The notes under the pieces: generated by a model | What the model saw: the letters and a program-made list of their open reading frames with translations, nothing else | Told to the model about the DNA's origin: nothing | Databases searched by the model: none | Part shown: one piece after another, positions 11,134-24,088 of the stretch | Layout of the letters: every line of letters starts with the position of its first letter | How positions within the stretch are numbered: position 1 is the first letter of the stretch | DNA from: Paraspadella gotoi | Lineage: Eukaryota > Animalia > Chaetognatha | Direction of reading: 5' to 3' | Assembly (NCBI GenBank): GCA_051294375.1 | Contig: CM119264.1 | Span: 11,383,832 to 11,447,831, forward strand | Length of the DNA stretch: 64,000 nucleotides | Made by a program: the position numbers and the translations under genes

Positions 11134-11912
11134 CGGAAGGGCTCTATCACGATATCACGATGATTGCATGAGTCAGTTTTAAAGTAGTCGCTTGGGATTT
11201 AATCGCAGATATTTTCATGTAAAAACGTAATTGATATTACAACACCAAATTATGATTGTTGTTTGAGACAAACCTTTTGTTCCGCGGAGATCCAAGGACG
11301 AAAATAAAATTTTTTACTTTAATTCATTTTCTGTTTTAACAAGTTTTAGCAAACAACGCCGGATCTGCCCACGATCATAAGCGGTAAGCAGCTGATCAGA
11401 TTAATTAATATTTGATTAATAATTTAATAAATAAATAAATAACTAATTAATTAATATTAATTTTTTTATTTGTGTCAAAATCGTTTTCCACTTTGTCTCG
11501 CCTCTCAATCACAAAACAAAAATCTCGATCACAAATTTAATAAATTAATTAATTAATTATAAATAATTAATAATTAATTAATTACTTATTTATTAATAAT
11601 AAATTAATGCAGCTTGAATTTACATTTAATATAAAAATAAAAAAGCATAATCAAATAGTTAGAAAGAAGCCGGCCACGTTTCTGGTTAAAATATAGTTTT
11701 CTTATCAAATCTCTGGGGATCTGAATCCTTCTTAATCAACCTTGCCTCCATTATTTTTTATTCAACACGATAAGATAATTGGATCGGACGGAAGCAATAG
11801 TTGACAAAAATATAAAATAGAAAGAATAATAAAAGAAAGTGTGAACTAGAATTTAGAGTTAACAAGGTTGCACAATAGAGATTAATTTAATACTATTTTC
11901 CTCTCTTCAATC

Positions 11913-11913
11913 A

Positions 11914-11953
<40 letters not shown>

Positions 11954-11959
11954 AATGAA

Positions 11960-12022
<63 letters not shown>

Positions 12023-12070
12023 AAAAATAAATAAATAAATAATTTTTTAAAAAAATAAATAAATAAATAA
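11913..12070 (+). repeat. Compound (AAAG)n-(AAAT)n microsatellite
   Basis: Directly visible. Confidence 0.95.
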
Positions 12071-12539
12071 CATTTTGCGATTCTGAAGAAAATTTGTTTT
12101 GATCTCTTCGAAAGGTCGCCTAACTAAACCAGGGCAACAGTTAGAATGTTTGAAAACCTGTTTTCGGACCTTTCTATGCATAACACATGCATACCCGAAC
12201 TAGGAACTTGTACAGAACTGGCGGGCCCCTTGACAAATTAGTTTGTGTAAATTACTTAACAATTTGGCAGGAATAAGGTTCCCGTTCTATATTTTGATCT
12301 TCGACGATTCAATCAACGAAGAAAACGCGAGGAGAAAGAATAAAAACCTCGCGAAGGAATCACAACGACAACAACGCCGGTGTTTTTATCGATTTCTAGG
12401 AAAATTTAATTATTTTTTTGCTTCCCTAATGAACGGGAAATTCAATAACCGCGAGAAACGGAAAAGTTGGAAATTGCGAGAAAATCGAAACCGATGAAGC
12501 GACTACCTTCGAAATATTAATCAAGACGAGAGGGAAGAG

Positions 12540-12585
<46 letters not shown>

Positions 12586-13969
12586 TGGTTTGACTGGTTT
12601 GAATGGTTTTCGATAAAATGTCGCAAAACCTAAAATCGAGAAATGAAAGTCGATCCGGAGAAGAGCGAAGGTCAGTTTGTTGCGGGAGGCAAAGGGTCGT
12701 CCGGGTGGGGCAATTGGGTAGTCGAGGAGAACCGGGTTTTGTGGAGTAAAGGGGTAGTGCATTAGTAGGCTAGGGTGGTCAAGGTTCGCTTGCCCCGTTG
12801 GCCAATTCCCCAAGAGGAAAAGAACAAGGCGATTGAGTCCGACGGACGAAGGGATTGAGGACTCGTGGCGTGAGAGTGGGGGCAGGGTAGCTTAGATATT
12901 GGTGGGTGAGTTGGTGAGGGGGTTAGTGGGTAAGTGATTGGACTCGTTTTTTTTTTTGTTTTTTTTTTGTTTTTGTGAAACGGAACAATCTATTTTAACA
13001 CAAAAAACGTAATTTATATTTCTTTTATAAAAGAAATATAAATTCCGTTTTTTATGTTAAAATGTTAAAATAATAATCAATCACCCTGGGTACGAAACCT
13101 TCGTAACCATACAAGTCGTTTTCAATTTGTTATTTTTAATAAATATTATAAAATTATAAATAATATTCTTTAAAGTGTTAAATGAACCCACTGTTTGCCT
13201 CACGTCTTTTCGAAAACCCGAAGGAAAGGCGGGTGGAACCTGTGAAAGTAGGATGGTTGATGCGGTGAGGAGAGAGAAAGAGGGCGAGCGTTTCAAGGTC
13301 GAGAGTCGAGAACCGACGCTCAGACGGACAGACGGACAGACGGACGCCCTAATTGACGGCGTCTAAACGAAGGCCAATCCATTTGGTTCCATGAGATTCC
13401 GTGAGATTCGATTTATTTCTTTCTCGTCCGTCCGGTTCTTTTTTTTTTTTATTTATTCTACTGTATCCTTACGAATCAATTTTAGGGTTTTTCGTGAACT
13501 TTTGCTTAGTTTAATTATATACAATTATACATTGCTGTCAGATTCTTGTAACGCAACTCCAAAGAATTCAACTCCACCCTGATTTTAGTTTGACCAGTTT
13601 TTGCTTTGAGTTTTTATGTAAACAATAAAGAAAGAAAGGGATCAGTTGCTCTTTCGGTCTCGTTTGAAACGTTTTGCTTCCTGTTTACCCTTTTATTTGT
13701 ATTTTTATTTGAACCTCTATTTACTAGAATTAGGCCAATTAGTATCGTCAGGAATTACTCGTAGCTAGTAATAAGACAACACAGCTAAATTTGTTCGTTT
13801 TTTTTCTTTAAATTCTAATCCTTAAAAATCAGTTCGATGGAATTTCATTCGATTCTACACGATTCCAACCGATTCCAGTCAGAATCGAAATGAAGGGCGG
13901 AAAAACGCGCGAAGATCATTAGAGAATTGGCCGCTTCGATGATGCAGAAAGAAAGAGAAAGAGAGAGAG

Positions 13970-15157
13970 TGATCATTCGACCCTAAACCTATATTCTCAT
14001 ATACTTTTCGCTCATTCGCACGATGACTCACGGAACAATTTTCTTGAACCTTTACGAAGATTCACGTTCTCATCCCTGAGATCATCACCTGTTCCGGTTT
14101 CACAACATGCAAGTTGCAACTGTTACGCTTTTTTCCTTTTCCATTCTGACATCTTTCTCGCCTTAACTTCCCTTTTCTCTCTTTCTCCTCCACCGCCGAT
14201 TCTTTCTCTCTCTTTGTGATCGTCTTCTATCTTCTTTCCAACCGGATTCTTTTCCTATTCTTTTTTTATTTTCTAATTCCTTTTTTTCTTTCTTTTCCCT
14301 TTATCATTTCCCCTCCTTTTTTCTCATGCGCTTGCTCTTCTTTCCACTTTTTTCTTCGCCCTCTGAACCCCTTTTGAATTTTACAAAATGTATAACTTTA
14401 TAATATTTTCATGTTCTTATTTCTACTCTTATCAGCTCTAGCTTTCCATCTGCAATCCGTTTTTGCAGAAAAGAAAAATTATCAGCTCTTGCTGGAAAGA
14501 TGGAAGCGTGGTATTTCTTGAAAAATAATAAGAGGATTCGTCCCACTCATTAAATAAAATATATATCCTCCCATCAATATTTTTATTTTAAATAATTAAA
14601 TGACGAAACAAAAATATGAAATGAAAATGAAATGAAAGTTTCTTCATGGTTTCCCGTGTAGCAACGATCCTGATATCTTAAAACCTCTTCACTTTTTCAT
14701 CTCAATCTTTCTCATCTTTTCTTCGCAATTATTTTACGCACAGATCTTCTCCCCCGCCGTCCTTCTCTTATTTCATTTTCTATTTTACAACAACCCCCGC
14801 CCTACCGCCATTTCTTCCCCTCCCCACCCCGCCCCCCCCTACAATGCCCACAACTCGACTCCGCGCGCCGAGGAAGTCATAAACGTTCAAGGCTGATGAT
14901 ATTTAGGCATCGCGCGAAAAATCATCGGGAAAAAGGCGCCGGTGATTAGCGCCCACCTCGAGCGCCGAGAGCGCCGCCAGCTCCGCCGTCAGTCTCGTCA
15001 CGCCCGCCGACGACGCCGCAAAGCGAAGCTCTGGCCAAAAAATCATCAAGTGACAGCCAAGGATACGCCTCAGCGCCGGGCGCGGAGAGAATGAGTTATG
15101 CGTTTGAAAACTTGTGGGTGAAGATTCCAGGCCAAGGGTGAGGGTTTACGAGACTGA

Positions 15158-15223
<66 letters not shown>

Positions 15224-17273
15224 TAGATAGAGATAGAGAGGGAAAGTTGAATCGCTTAACGGTTAACCTCAGATTTATTTCGTTGCTATTTTTTGTGGAT
15301 TCACTCCAGCAGTTTGAGCTATTAATTCATATTTAATTAATTTTTACTAACTTTTTGTTAATTATCTAATAGTTAGAACAAACTTTCAAATTAATTTTTT
15401 TACTTTATCCGTAATAACGAAGTATAGGTATTAAAATCCGATTGCTAAAGTATTGTCGGCGGAAAGACTAAAAGGAAAAGAACCTCAAAGAATCGGGGTA
15501 AGAGATCTGGCGGAAATGTAGCGGAATGTAGGTAATGGGCAGCGACTCATGGGGCGAGAGAAACAGAAGTGCGAATTGGGAGCGAAGGGTCAATGGTTTT
15601 CGAAGGGCAAAAGGGAAGGGTCGCAAGGCGGGGTGGGGAAAAAGTGAAGGTTGGGTGGGAAGAAGTGTGAGTTCAGAGAAAAGTCAAATTATCTTTTGAA
15701 AAAACGAGAATTTAACTAAAGATGAAAGAACAAGAAAGAAATGAAAACTTCCCCGAAGACTCAATTCTTTCCTTTCAGATTGATGTCAAATCACTGACAA
15801 TATGACAAAAATCATAGTCACTTTTCATTTAATATGACAAATGCTATTCCTATCTATGACACGTTTATATTCGAACAGTCGTGACAAAATGTAATATTTC
15901 AATGGTTGAAGATAAAAGATAAACCGGACAGTGACGAGCGGATGGAAAGGTTTCATCGATGAAAAAAAAACTGGACGGATGAAATGAAATTGTTGAATGG
16001 ATCACTGATCACTGATCAGTCGCAAAGGCCAATCGCATGGAATGGAAAAAAACCGCGAAGGAAAAAAAAATGATCCGACCTCGCTGTCCGACGCAAAGTC
16101 GTTGGGTTGAAATAAGTAGGAGCGCGAGAATCGGGTCAGGTCTTTCGGGAATTCCCGCGTATGGAGTTTATCGAGGATCGCCTAGGAGGTCGTTCATTGA
16201 TTAGCGTCATGGGACGTTTCCTAGTTTTTAAAGACTCGTTTTAGTTACGCTTTGAAATATTCATTACGGCCATGGAAACTATCCGAAAATACTAGAAAAG
16301 TTAATTAAACTAATAAACTGGATTAAACGACAAACAAATGTCGCTTCTGGTTCCCTTTTGTCTTGATCGATGCTCGACGCACCGCGATTCTCTCTCGCTT
16401 AATTATCTCCTTTGGGATTCGTTTGCGATCCGCGGGGATTTCTGGCCGGCTGCTGGCATTGCATAATACGGAGCAGTGTCGATGGCGAGAACGCGGAGGA
16501 ATGAGGGAAAAGGGAAAATGGGCTCAACGAAGATGGAAAGGGTAACGTCCTATTGAATTATAATAGAGAACATAAAGCTTGACTTTCGTTTCAGTTGATT
16601 AATCATATGAAGTCTCGTTTTTTTTCTCGCCTTTCGTTCCGCAATTGGAAAAACGCCTTGCGTCGTCGTTCAATCACCTCGGAAACGAAAGAATAAAAGT
16701 CCGGATTTATTATAAAATACGGCCTTCTTGAGGCAAAAATAAACAAAAAAGGCAATTCGATAAAAAAAATCCTCCCTTGGGTTCGACCCTCGCCGATTTC
16801 CAGAGAGAAGGGAGATTTCAAATTCCTCGCACTGGCTTATTGATCAAGTCATTGGGGTCATCGGCGTCATTTAGTCATCGAGTCATTTAGTCATCGGTGA
16901 AGCGTTGAGAGTCGTTGGCGGAGCGTTGGCGTCATTGATAAATCGCGAAAAACATGAGGAAGTACAAGACGACTAATCCTTGAGCGAATAACTTTCAACG
17001 ACGATAACATCGAGAAGCAAGACGACAAGTACAAAAAACAACAGCACAACCCGCGTTGGTATATCGAGGGCGACAAACTCGAAATCAATAAACAGTGAAC
17101 TCTTTCGTCCTTTCACATGGTTAGCAATCTGCCAAAACTGGAGCCAAGTTTAGATCACCGACGGAGAAATCACAACGACGTAGACAACGACGACAACGGC
17201 GTCGACGTGAGGTCGTTCCGCCTCGTGTGAGGGATGGTCGATGGGCGTGGCTCACTGAGAAAGACAAAGAGGC

Positions 17274-17317
<44 letters not shown>

Positions 17318-19909
17318 GCACTCCGAACAACCTTCGTACAAAGGTTTTCACAGAGAGAAAACGCAGCAAAGATTAAGAAGATCATTTAAGGAGGAGATAG
17401 TGATACGCAGAGATTAAAAAACTTTAATCAGGAAAGTCGAGGTGGAATATTGTTTAGGACTTAGACTATGTAGTCACTTTCGAAATACTAAAATACCTAA
17501 CGAAATAAAGGCCATGGTTAAACATTCTTTATTAAAACGAAAAATGTACTTTATAGTATTATAAAAACAAAAAATCTTATAACGTGTCAACCTGTCAGAG
17601 AGCGTTTTAACTTTTTAACTCAAGGTAAGTACTACTAACGTTTTTTTCCACAGCAACGAGCACAGAAAAGGTTGAGGTTAGCGGAAAAGGAAAAAAAAAG
17701 GAAACAACGGAGAAAAAAGATGACGTCGCGGGAATTTCAGCGGCGGAGGCGGCGGCGGCGGTTGGCGGCGGGCAGGCGGAGGGGTGGGAGGAGATGGCCA
17801 ACGCCGTTCTTAAACCCGCTAATGCTCCACGTCTTGTTAACGAGGCGTTAATGAAGTTTCCTGTATTGCGTGGGATTTCTCACGTCGTTAAACCTTATCG
17901 AAACGTTGGTAATCAATTGATTGCATGTGAATAAGGTAAGGAGAAAAAAATGTTTAATTGAAGTAAACCGTGGTTTTCAACGAAAAGAGCCGGGGAAAAA
18001 TAGAAAGAGAGAGGCGAGTCGGCGAACGGCGCGACGCCCTTGACCGATGAGAAGAACGAACGAATGTGAAATAAACAAACGAACAAACGACTCGGCGCGA
18101 GAAGGAACCGAGAAAGAGGAAGCGAAGAGAAGACAAGCGGAAGGAGAAGCGGAAACGGAGAAGGAAAAGCGACGCGAACTACAGAAGATCGATTGCTCTT
18201 TTTCTTTATCGTCGAGAGCAGTTCCAAAAAGCGCACCGAAGGATGGAACCGAGGCTGGGAAATGTCGGACAGACGGACTGAGAAGGAAGGAAGGGAGAAG
18301 AGGGAGAGAGGGAGAGAGAGACGGTCCAAACTCGTCATCGTCGACGCCTCCGTCGCGTCAGAGTTACGCCCTCACCGTTCATTACTTGGTGGGCGTGGCG
18401 GAGAGCGGAGTGATAGAAGGAAGAGGGGGCGGAGGACGAGGGGATGAGGTGGGGGCGGTGTGGGGAGATGAATGTGGAGAAGGAGGTGGAGGGGGTAGAA
18501 AGGAGGTCAGAGGGCGGAGAGGTCGAGCAAGACGAAGGGATAGAGTTAGATCGGAGGTTCTGACGAAAGGTTGTTAGACTATGAGCAACTTTGAAGGGTC
18601 AGGTCGGATTGTGGTAATTTAAAACATTAAGATGACCTATTCTTGCATCGAGATGTGGTTATTTAGGGTGTTAAGGTGCTATGCCTATGGTGGATTTTTA
18701 TGATTGTCAATAAATATTAAACGCATTTTTTATTTTAAAAAGAAGAATGAATTATTTTATCTATCGTTATGATCCCAATTTTATTTTTTAATAAGCACAC
18801 GTATTTATATTTTCCAGAAAAATAGCGAGATGCACTATTAGTATCCTAGTGGTAAATCATTGTTAGGAGAAATGAGAGAAAAAAGGCGTAGGAAGGGAGA
18901 GAGGACGGACGACGACGACGACGACGACGGACGACGACGACGACGAAGGTCGATAACAGCGACGAGAACGAAAGAATAGAAAATCACGAATGACGATGAA
19001 GACGAATAAAACTCCTAAACTATTAACAACATGCAAAAAATAAAAATTCATCAACTACTGAAACGACGACAACGATTCGTCGACGACGGAAACGACAGGG
19101 TAACGACGTACGAAGACGACGACGACGACGAAAAGAATTAAAGCCAACAGTTGTAGAGAAAGTTTGAATTGAGGTTTTAGAAACGCATGAAATTTGTATT
19201 TACAGAGAGCGAAAAAACTACGACAATTGTAGTTGACTCAAGTTGACTCAAAAAAGTGACGATGACGACGATGACAAAGTGCGACAGTGACGACGACGAC
19301 AAGAGGGACGACAGTGACGACGACGTAAGTGCGAAGAGAATACACGTGATGGGTTGTAAATCGCGCTGTCGCAAGGACCCGATTCGAAATAGTAAAGGGA
19401 AAAAATAAGAGAGAAAATGTGAGAAAAAAGTGGGCGAGTCTTGACCTTTGACCTTTCGACTTCGACGAAGTGAAAATAGAAACGAGAAAAAAAGTAAAGA
19501 AAGTGAAAAAAAAAAAAGGATAGAATAAGGAGCAGCCTGCGAAGAGAGAAAAGAAAGCGAGAAGAGAGCGGAGAGAAAGAAAGTCGAGTCGAAGAAAAAA
19601 GGACAAGAGAAAACAACGTTTGTTTTTTTATTTATTTGTACGTAGCTATAGATAGCGTAGCGCTACATATTCAAGATATTTATTTCTTAATTATTATTTA
19701 TTGGTTTTTTTTCTTGATATGTTTTAGAATTTTTGATGTTTTATTTCTCAAATGTGGCGGTTTTAACGAAGGGATAAATTTCTCGAGAATATTTGAAGTG
19801 GAATGAAGGGGAAAAAAAGAAGGCAAGAAAGAAAACGGTATAGAATTTAGAACTAAAAAACCGGCTCCGCCCACTTAGGAGAGAGAGAGAGAGAGAGACT
19901 AGAGAGAGC

Positions 19910-19974
<65 letters not shown>

Positions 19975-20459
19975 CCGATACTACTACGAAATAAAAGAAA
20001 AAAAAAAAAGGACGCTAAAAATATCGAGGGAAAGAGAGTAGCGACGATGAAAGAATTAGATTCTCTTGTCTCTCTTTCTTTCTCTCTCACTCCTTTCGTT
20101 TCTCTCGGCGGCTTCGGATTAAAAGCATCCGCCGGTTTTAATGATCCGTCGGTCTGTCGGTCCGTCGGTCTCGCGGTCGTCGGTCGCCAGCGGCTCGTGA
20201 TGGTTTTCATAATGACATTGAGCATTAGAGATTGAATGATGATTTTCGAATGGTGCTATCATGACGCTAATCATGGCGCTTCGGTTCTGCCGCGCACGCG
20301 GATACTACTCGCTCGCTCTTTCGCGTCGCTCTTTCGATGGGCTCTCTCGCTCGCTCGCCGGCCTGAAGCGCGAGCCGGTTCGGACGGCGACGCCTGCCGA
20401 GCGAGCCGCGAGAGCCGAACCGAGATCTTTCCCAGTCTCTCGCGAACTTCACGTTTTTT

Positions 20460-20532
<73 letters not shown>

Positions 20533-20909
20533 TCTGCTCTCTCTCTCTCTTCTCTCGCTCTCTCTCTCTCTCTTATTTCTATCTCTCGCTTTGGCGCGAT
20601 TCGCCTGCGCAGCCAGAGACAGATCAAACGTCGATGATCCGTAAAGACGAGAGTTCGATAGACGCTCCAGGGGAGGAGACGGGGTGACAACTCAGGATCG
20701 AATGTGAGACGAGAGAAGTAAAGCGAGTTGTGACACAATTTGATGCTTTCATTATCCAATCTAATTTTAACTCATACGTAATTTTCACTTAGATTCAATT
20801 CTATCACTGAGTTTGCGATATGCCAAAGCTAATAATCTACAACGGTTCAAAGTTTCTCTTTTTTTTTTCTTTTTTTTCTTCTTTTCTTTCTTTCTTTCTT
20901 TCTTTCTTT

Positions 20910-20946
<37 letters not shown>

Positions 20947-20991
20947 TTTCTTTCTTCTTTCTCTATCTTTCTCTCTCTCTCTCTCTCTCTC

Positions 20992-21032
<41 letters not shown>

Positions 21033-21105
21033 CTTTCTTTGAAATTCTTCTTTCTTTCTTCTTTCTTTCTTTTCTTTCTTTCTTTCTTTCTTCTTTCTTC
21101 TTCAC

Positions 21106-21185
<80 letters not shown>

Positions 21186-21575
21186 TCATCTCTTCTTCTC
21201 AAATTTGTCAACTTTTTTTCTCATTGGTGTTCGCACTTTCCCGGCTATGATCCAATTTCTCTTTCCTTTTCTTTTTTTTTCTCTGTCAGCCTCCAAGCCA
21301 TTAGCACCTCCCGCCTCCGGCATTACTGTCCCTCTCTCTCTTTTTCTTTTTTCTCTCTCTTTCTCTCTCTTTCTTCTCCGCCAAACTTTTCTTTTGTCTT
21401 CTTCTTTTCTCTGGTATATTTACCTTCTCTCAGTTTTTGATTGGTTTTTCCGCGAACCAATCAAGTTTAGTCGCTTGTCGCACTGCGTGGCGCCACCCAG
21501 TCCCCCCTCAATGTCCTCTTCTCTCTCTCTCTCTCTCTCCTCTCTTTCTCTCTCTCTCTCTCTCTCCTCCTCTCT

Positions 21576-21611
<36 letters not shown>

Positions 21612-21620
21612 CTCTCCCTC
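13970..21620 (+). repeat. 7.7 kb non-coding unit, copy A
   Basis: Begins TGATCATTCGACCCTAAACC; collinear with 22835..30517 and reverse-complementary to 30543..38219. Confidence 0.95.
19442..19454 (-). promoter_or_regulatory. Perfect DR1 nuclear-receptor element AGGTCA-A-AGGTCA (also 28329-28341 and 32631-32643)
   Basis: TGACCTTTGACCT on the plus strand, retained in all three unit copies; function not demonstrated. Confidence 0.35.
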
Positions 21621-22178
21621 TCCATTAACAATTTAACTCAGTTAATTATTTCGGTTGTCACGCGCTCGAATCTTTTAAAATTCCCAACACAAATTAATCT
21701 TCCACTCGTTTTTAGCGAAATTGACCTATCTCAATCTTCTTTTGTATTTTAGACGACAATAAATCAATTAATAATCAATCAAATCAAATCAGAGTAATAG
21801 GTAATCTGATAGTTTAAATGTTGAGTTACGTCGCACGCTCTTGTTTATTCTGCTGTCGGGTTTGTTCGCTAAAAAGGAGGCGAGACCGTCCAGCTCTTTC
21901 AATCATATCGCGACGCCCGTCGTGTCTATACCGGCGCCAAATCCTCTCTAGCGGCGCCAAAATCATTGCACCAGCCGGCGTCGCAACTCGCTTAACGACT
22001 CCCTCGTCTGCTCGAGGGCCTCGTTCTCTCTCTCTCATCGGAGTTTTGACCTCCGCTCGAAGCTTTTTAATGGCTTATCGACGAGATCAACGAGATAACG
22101 GACCACTTAATGGTTATTCTCGCTGCATTACTAGCTCCTAACAAGGGCGATATCAACTCCAGTTAAGGCCACTCAACC

Positions 22179-22239
<61 letters not shown>

Positions 22240-22834
22240 CTCCTCTCTCTCTCGTCTCTCTACTCTCTCTNNNNNNNNNNNNNNNNNNNNNNNNNTTTGA
22301 TATCGCCCCTTGTAGGAGCGTAATGCAGCGAGAATAACCATTAAGTGGTCGTTATCTCCGTTGATGCTCGTCGATTAAGCAATTAAAAAGCTTCGAAGCG
22401 GAGGTCAAAACTCCGACGAGAGAGAGAGAACGAGGCCTCGAGAGACGAGGGAGTCGTTAAGCGAGTTGCGACGCCGCTGGTCAAGATTTTGGGCGCCGCT
22501 AGAGAGGATTTGGCGCCGGGTAAGAACGACGGGGCGTCGCGATATGATTGAAAGAGCTGACGGTCTTCGCCTCCTTTTTAGGAGACAAACCCGACAGCAG
22601 AATAAACAAGAGCGTGCGACGTAACTCAAATTTAACTATCAGATTACTATTACTCTGATTGATTTTGATTGATTTTAATTGATTTATTGTCGTCTAAAAT
22701 ACAAAAAAGATTGAGATAGGTCAATTTCGCTAAAAACGAGTGGGAAGATTAATTTGGTTGGGAATTTTAAAAGATTCGAGCGCGTGACACCGAAAATAAT
22801 TAACTGAGTTAAATTGTTAATGGAGAGGGAGAGA
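21611..22834. repeat. ~540-bp-arm palindrome (21611..22156 / 22297..22834) around a CT tract and 25-N gap
   Basis: TCCATTAACAATTTAACTCAG vs CTGAGTTAAATTGTTAATGGA; GGGCGATATCAA vs TTGATATCGCCC. Confidence 0.95.
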
Positions 22835-24022
22835 TGATCATTCGACCCTAAACCTATATTCTCATATACTTTTCGCTCATTCGCACGATGACTCACGGAA
22901 CAATTTTCTTGAACCTTTACGAAGATTCACGTTCTCATCCCTGAGATCATCACCTGTTCCGGTTTCACAACATGCAAGTTGCAACTGTTACGCTTTTTTC
23001 CTTTTCCATTCTGACATCTTTCTCGCCTTAACTTCCCTTTTCTCTCTTTCTCCTCCACCGCCGATTCTTTCTCTCTCTTTGTGATCGTCTTCTATCTTCT
23101 TTCCAACCGGATTCTTTTCCTATTCTTTTTTTATTTTCTAATTCCTTTTTTTCTTTCTTTTCCCTTTATCATTTCCCCTCCTTTTTTCTCATGCGCTTGC
23201 TCTTCTTTCCACTTTTTTCTTCGCCCTCTGAACCCCTTTTGAATTTTACAAAATGTATAACTTTATAATATTTTCATGTTCTTATTTCTACTCTTATCAG
23301 CTCTAGCTTTCCATCTGCAATCCGTTTTTGCAGAAAAGAAAAATTATCAGCTCTTGCTGGAAAGATGGAAGCGTGGTATTTCTTGAAAAATAATAAGAGG
23401 ATTCGTCCCACTCATTAAATAAAATATATATCCTCCCATCAATATTTTTATTTTAAATAATTAAATGACGAAACAAAAATATGAAATGAAAATGAAATGA
23501 AAGTTTCTTCATGGTTTCCCGTGTAGCAACGATCCTGATATCTTAAAACCTCTTCACTTTTTCATCTCAATCTTTCTCATCTTTTCTTCGCAATTATTTT
23601 ACGCACAGATCTTCTCCCCCGCCGTCCTTCTCTTATTTCATTTTCTATTTTACAACAACCCCCGCCCTACCGCCATTTCTTCCCCTCCCCACCCCGCCCC
23701 CCCCTACAATGCCCACAACTCGACTCCGCGCGCCGAGGAAGTCATAAACGTTCAAGGCTGATGATATTTAGGCATCGCGCGAAAAATCATCGGGAAAAAG
23801 GCGCCGGTGATTAGCGCCCACCTCGAGCGCCGAGAGCGCCGCCAGCTCCGCCGTCAGTCTCGTCACGCCCGCCGACGACGCCGCAAAGCGAAGCTCTGGC
23901 CAAAAAATCATCAAGTGACAGCCAAGGATACGCCTCAGCGCCGGGCGCGGAGAGAATGAGTTATGCGTTTGAAAACTTGTGGGTGAAGATTCCAGGCCAA
24001 GGGTGAGGGTTTACGAGACTGA

Positions 24023-24088
<66 letters not shown>

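Noticed and set aside
11401-11610. AT-rich foldback upstream of the fucosyltransferase
   Set aside because: Self-complementarity is explained by (TTAA)/(TAAA) low complexity.
14073-14095. TCCCTGAGATCATCACCTGT resembling miR-125/lin-4
   Set aside because: Only the first 9 nt match, copy C reads TCCCTGGAGATCAATCAACCTG (seed broken), and no partner arm is visible.
15579-15592. 14-mer GGAGCGAAGGGTCA shared with 55358-55371 (variant at 12663)
   Set aside because: A few 14-mer matches are expected by chance in tens of kb of purine-biased sequence, and the flanks do not align.
20785-21636. Poly-SL, poly-ER and F/S/L-rich ORFs (also 29.7-31.3 kb, 50.4-51.3 kb and elsewhere) as membrane or coiled-coil proteins
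   Set aside because: Read-through of (CT)n/(GA)n/(CTTT)n microsatellites that lack stop codons.
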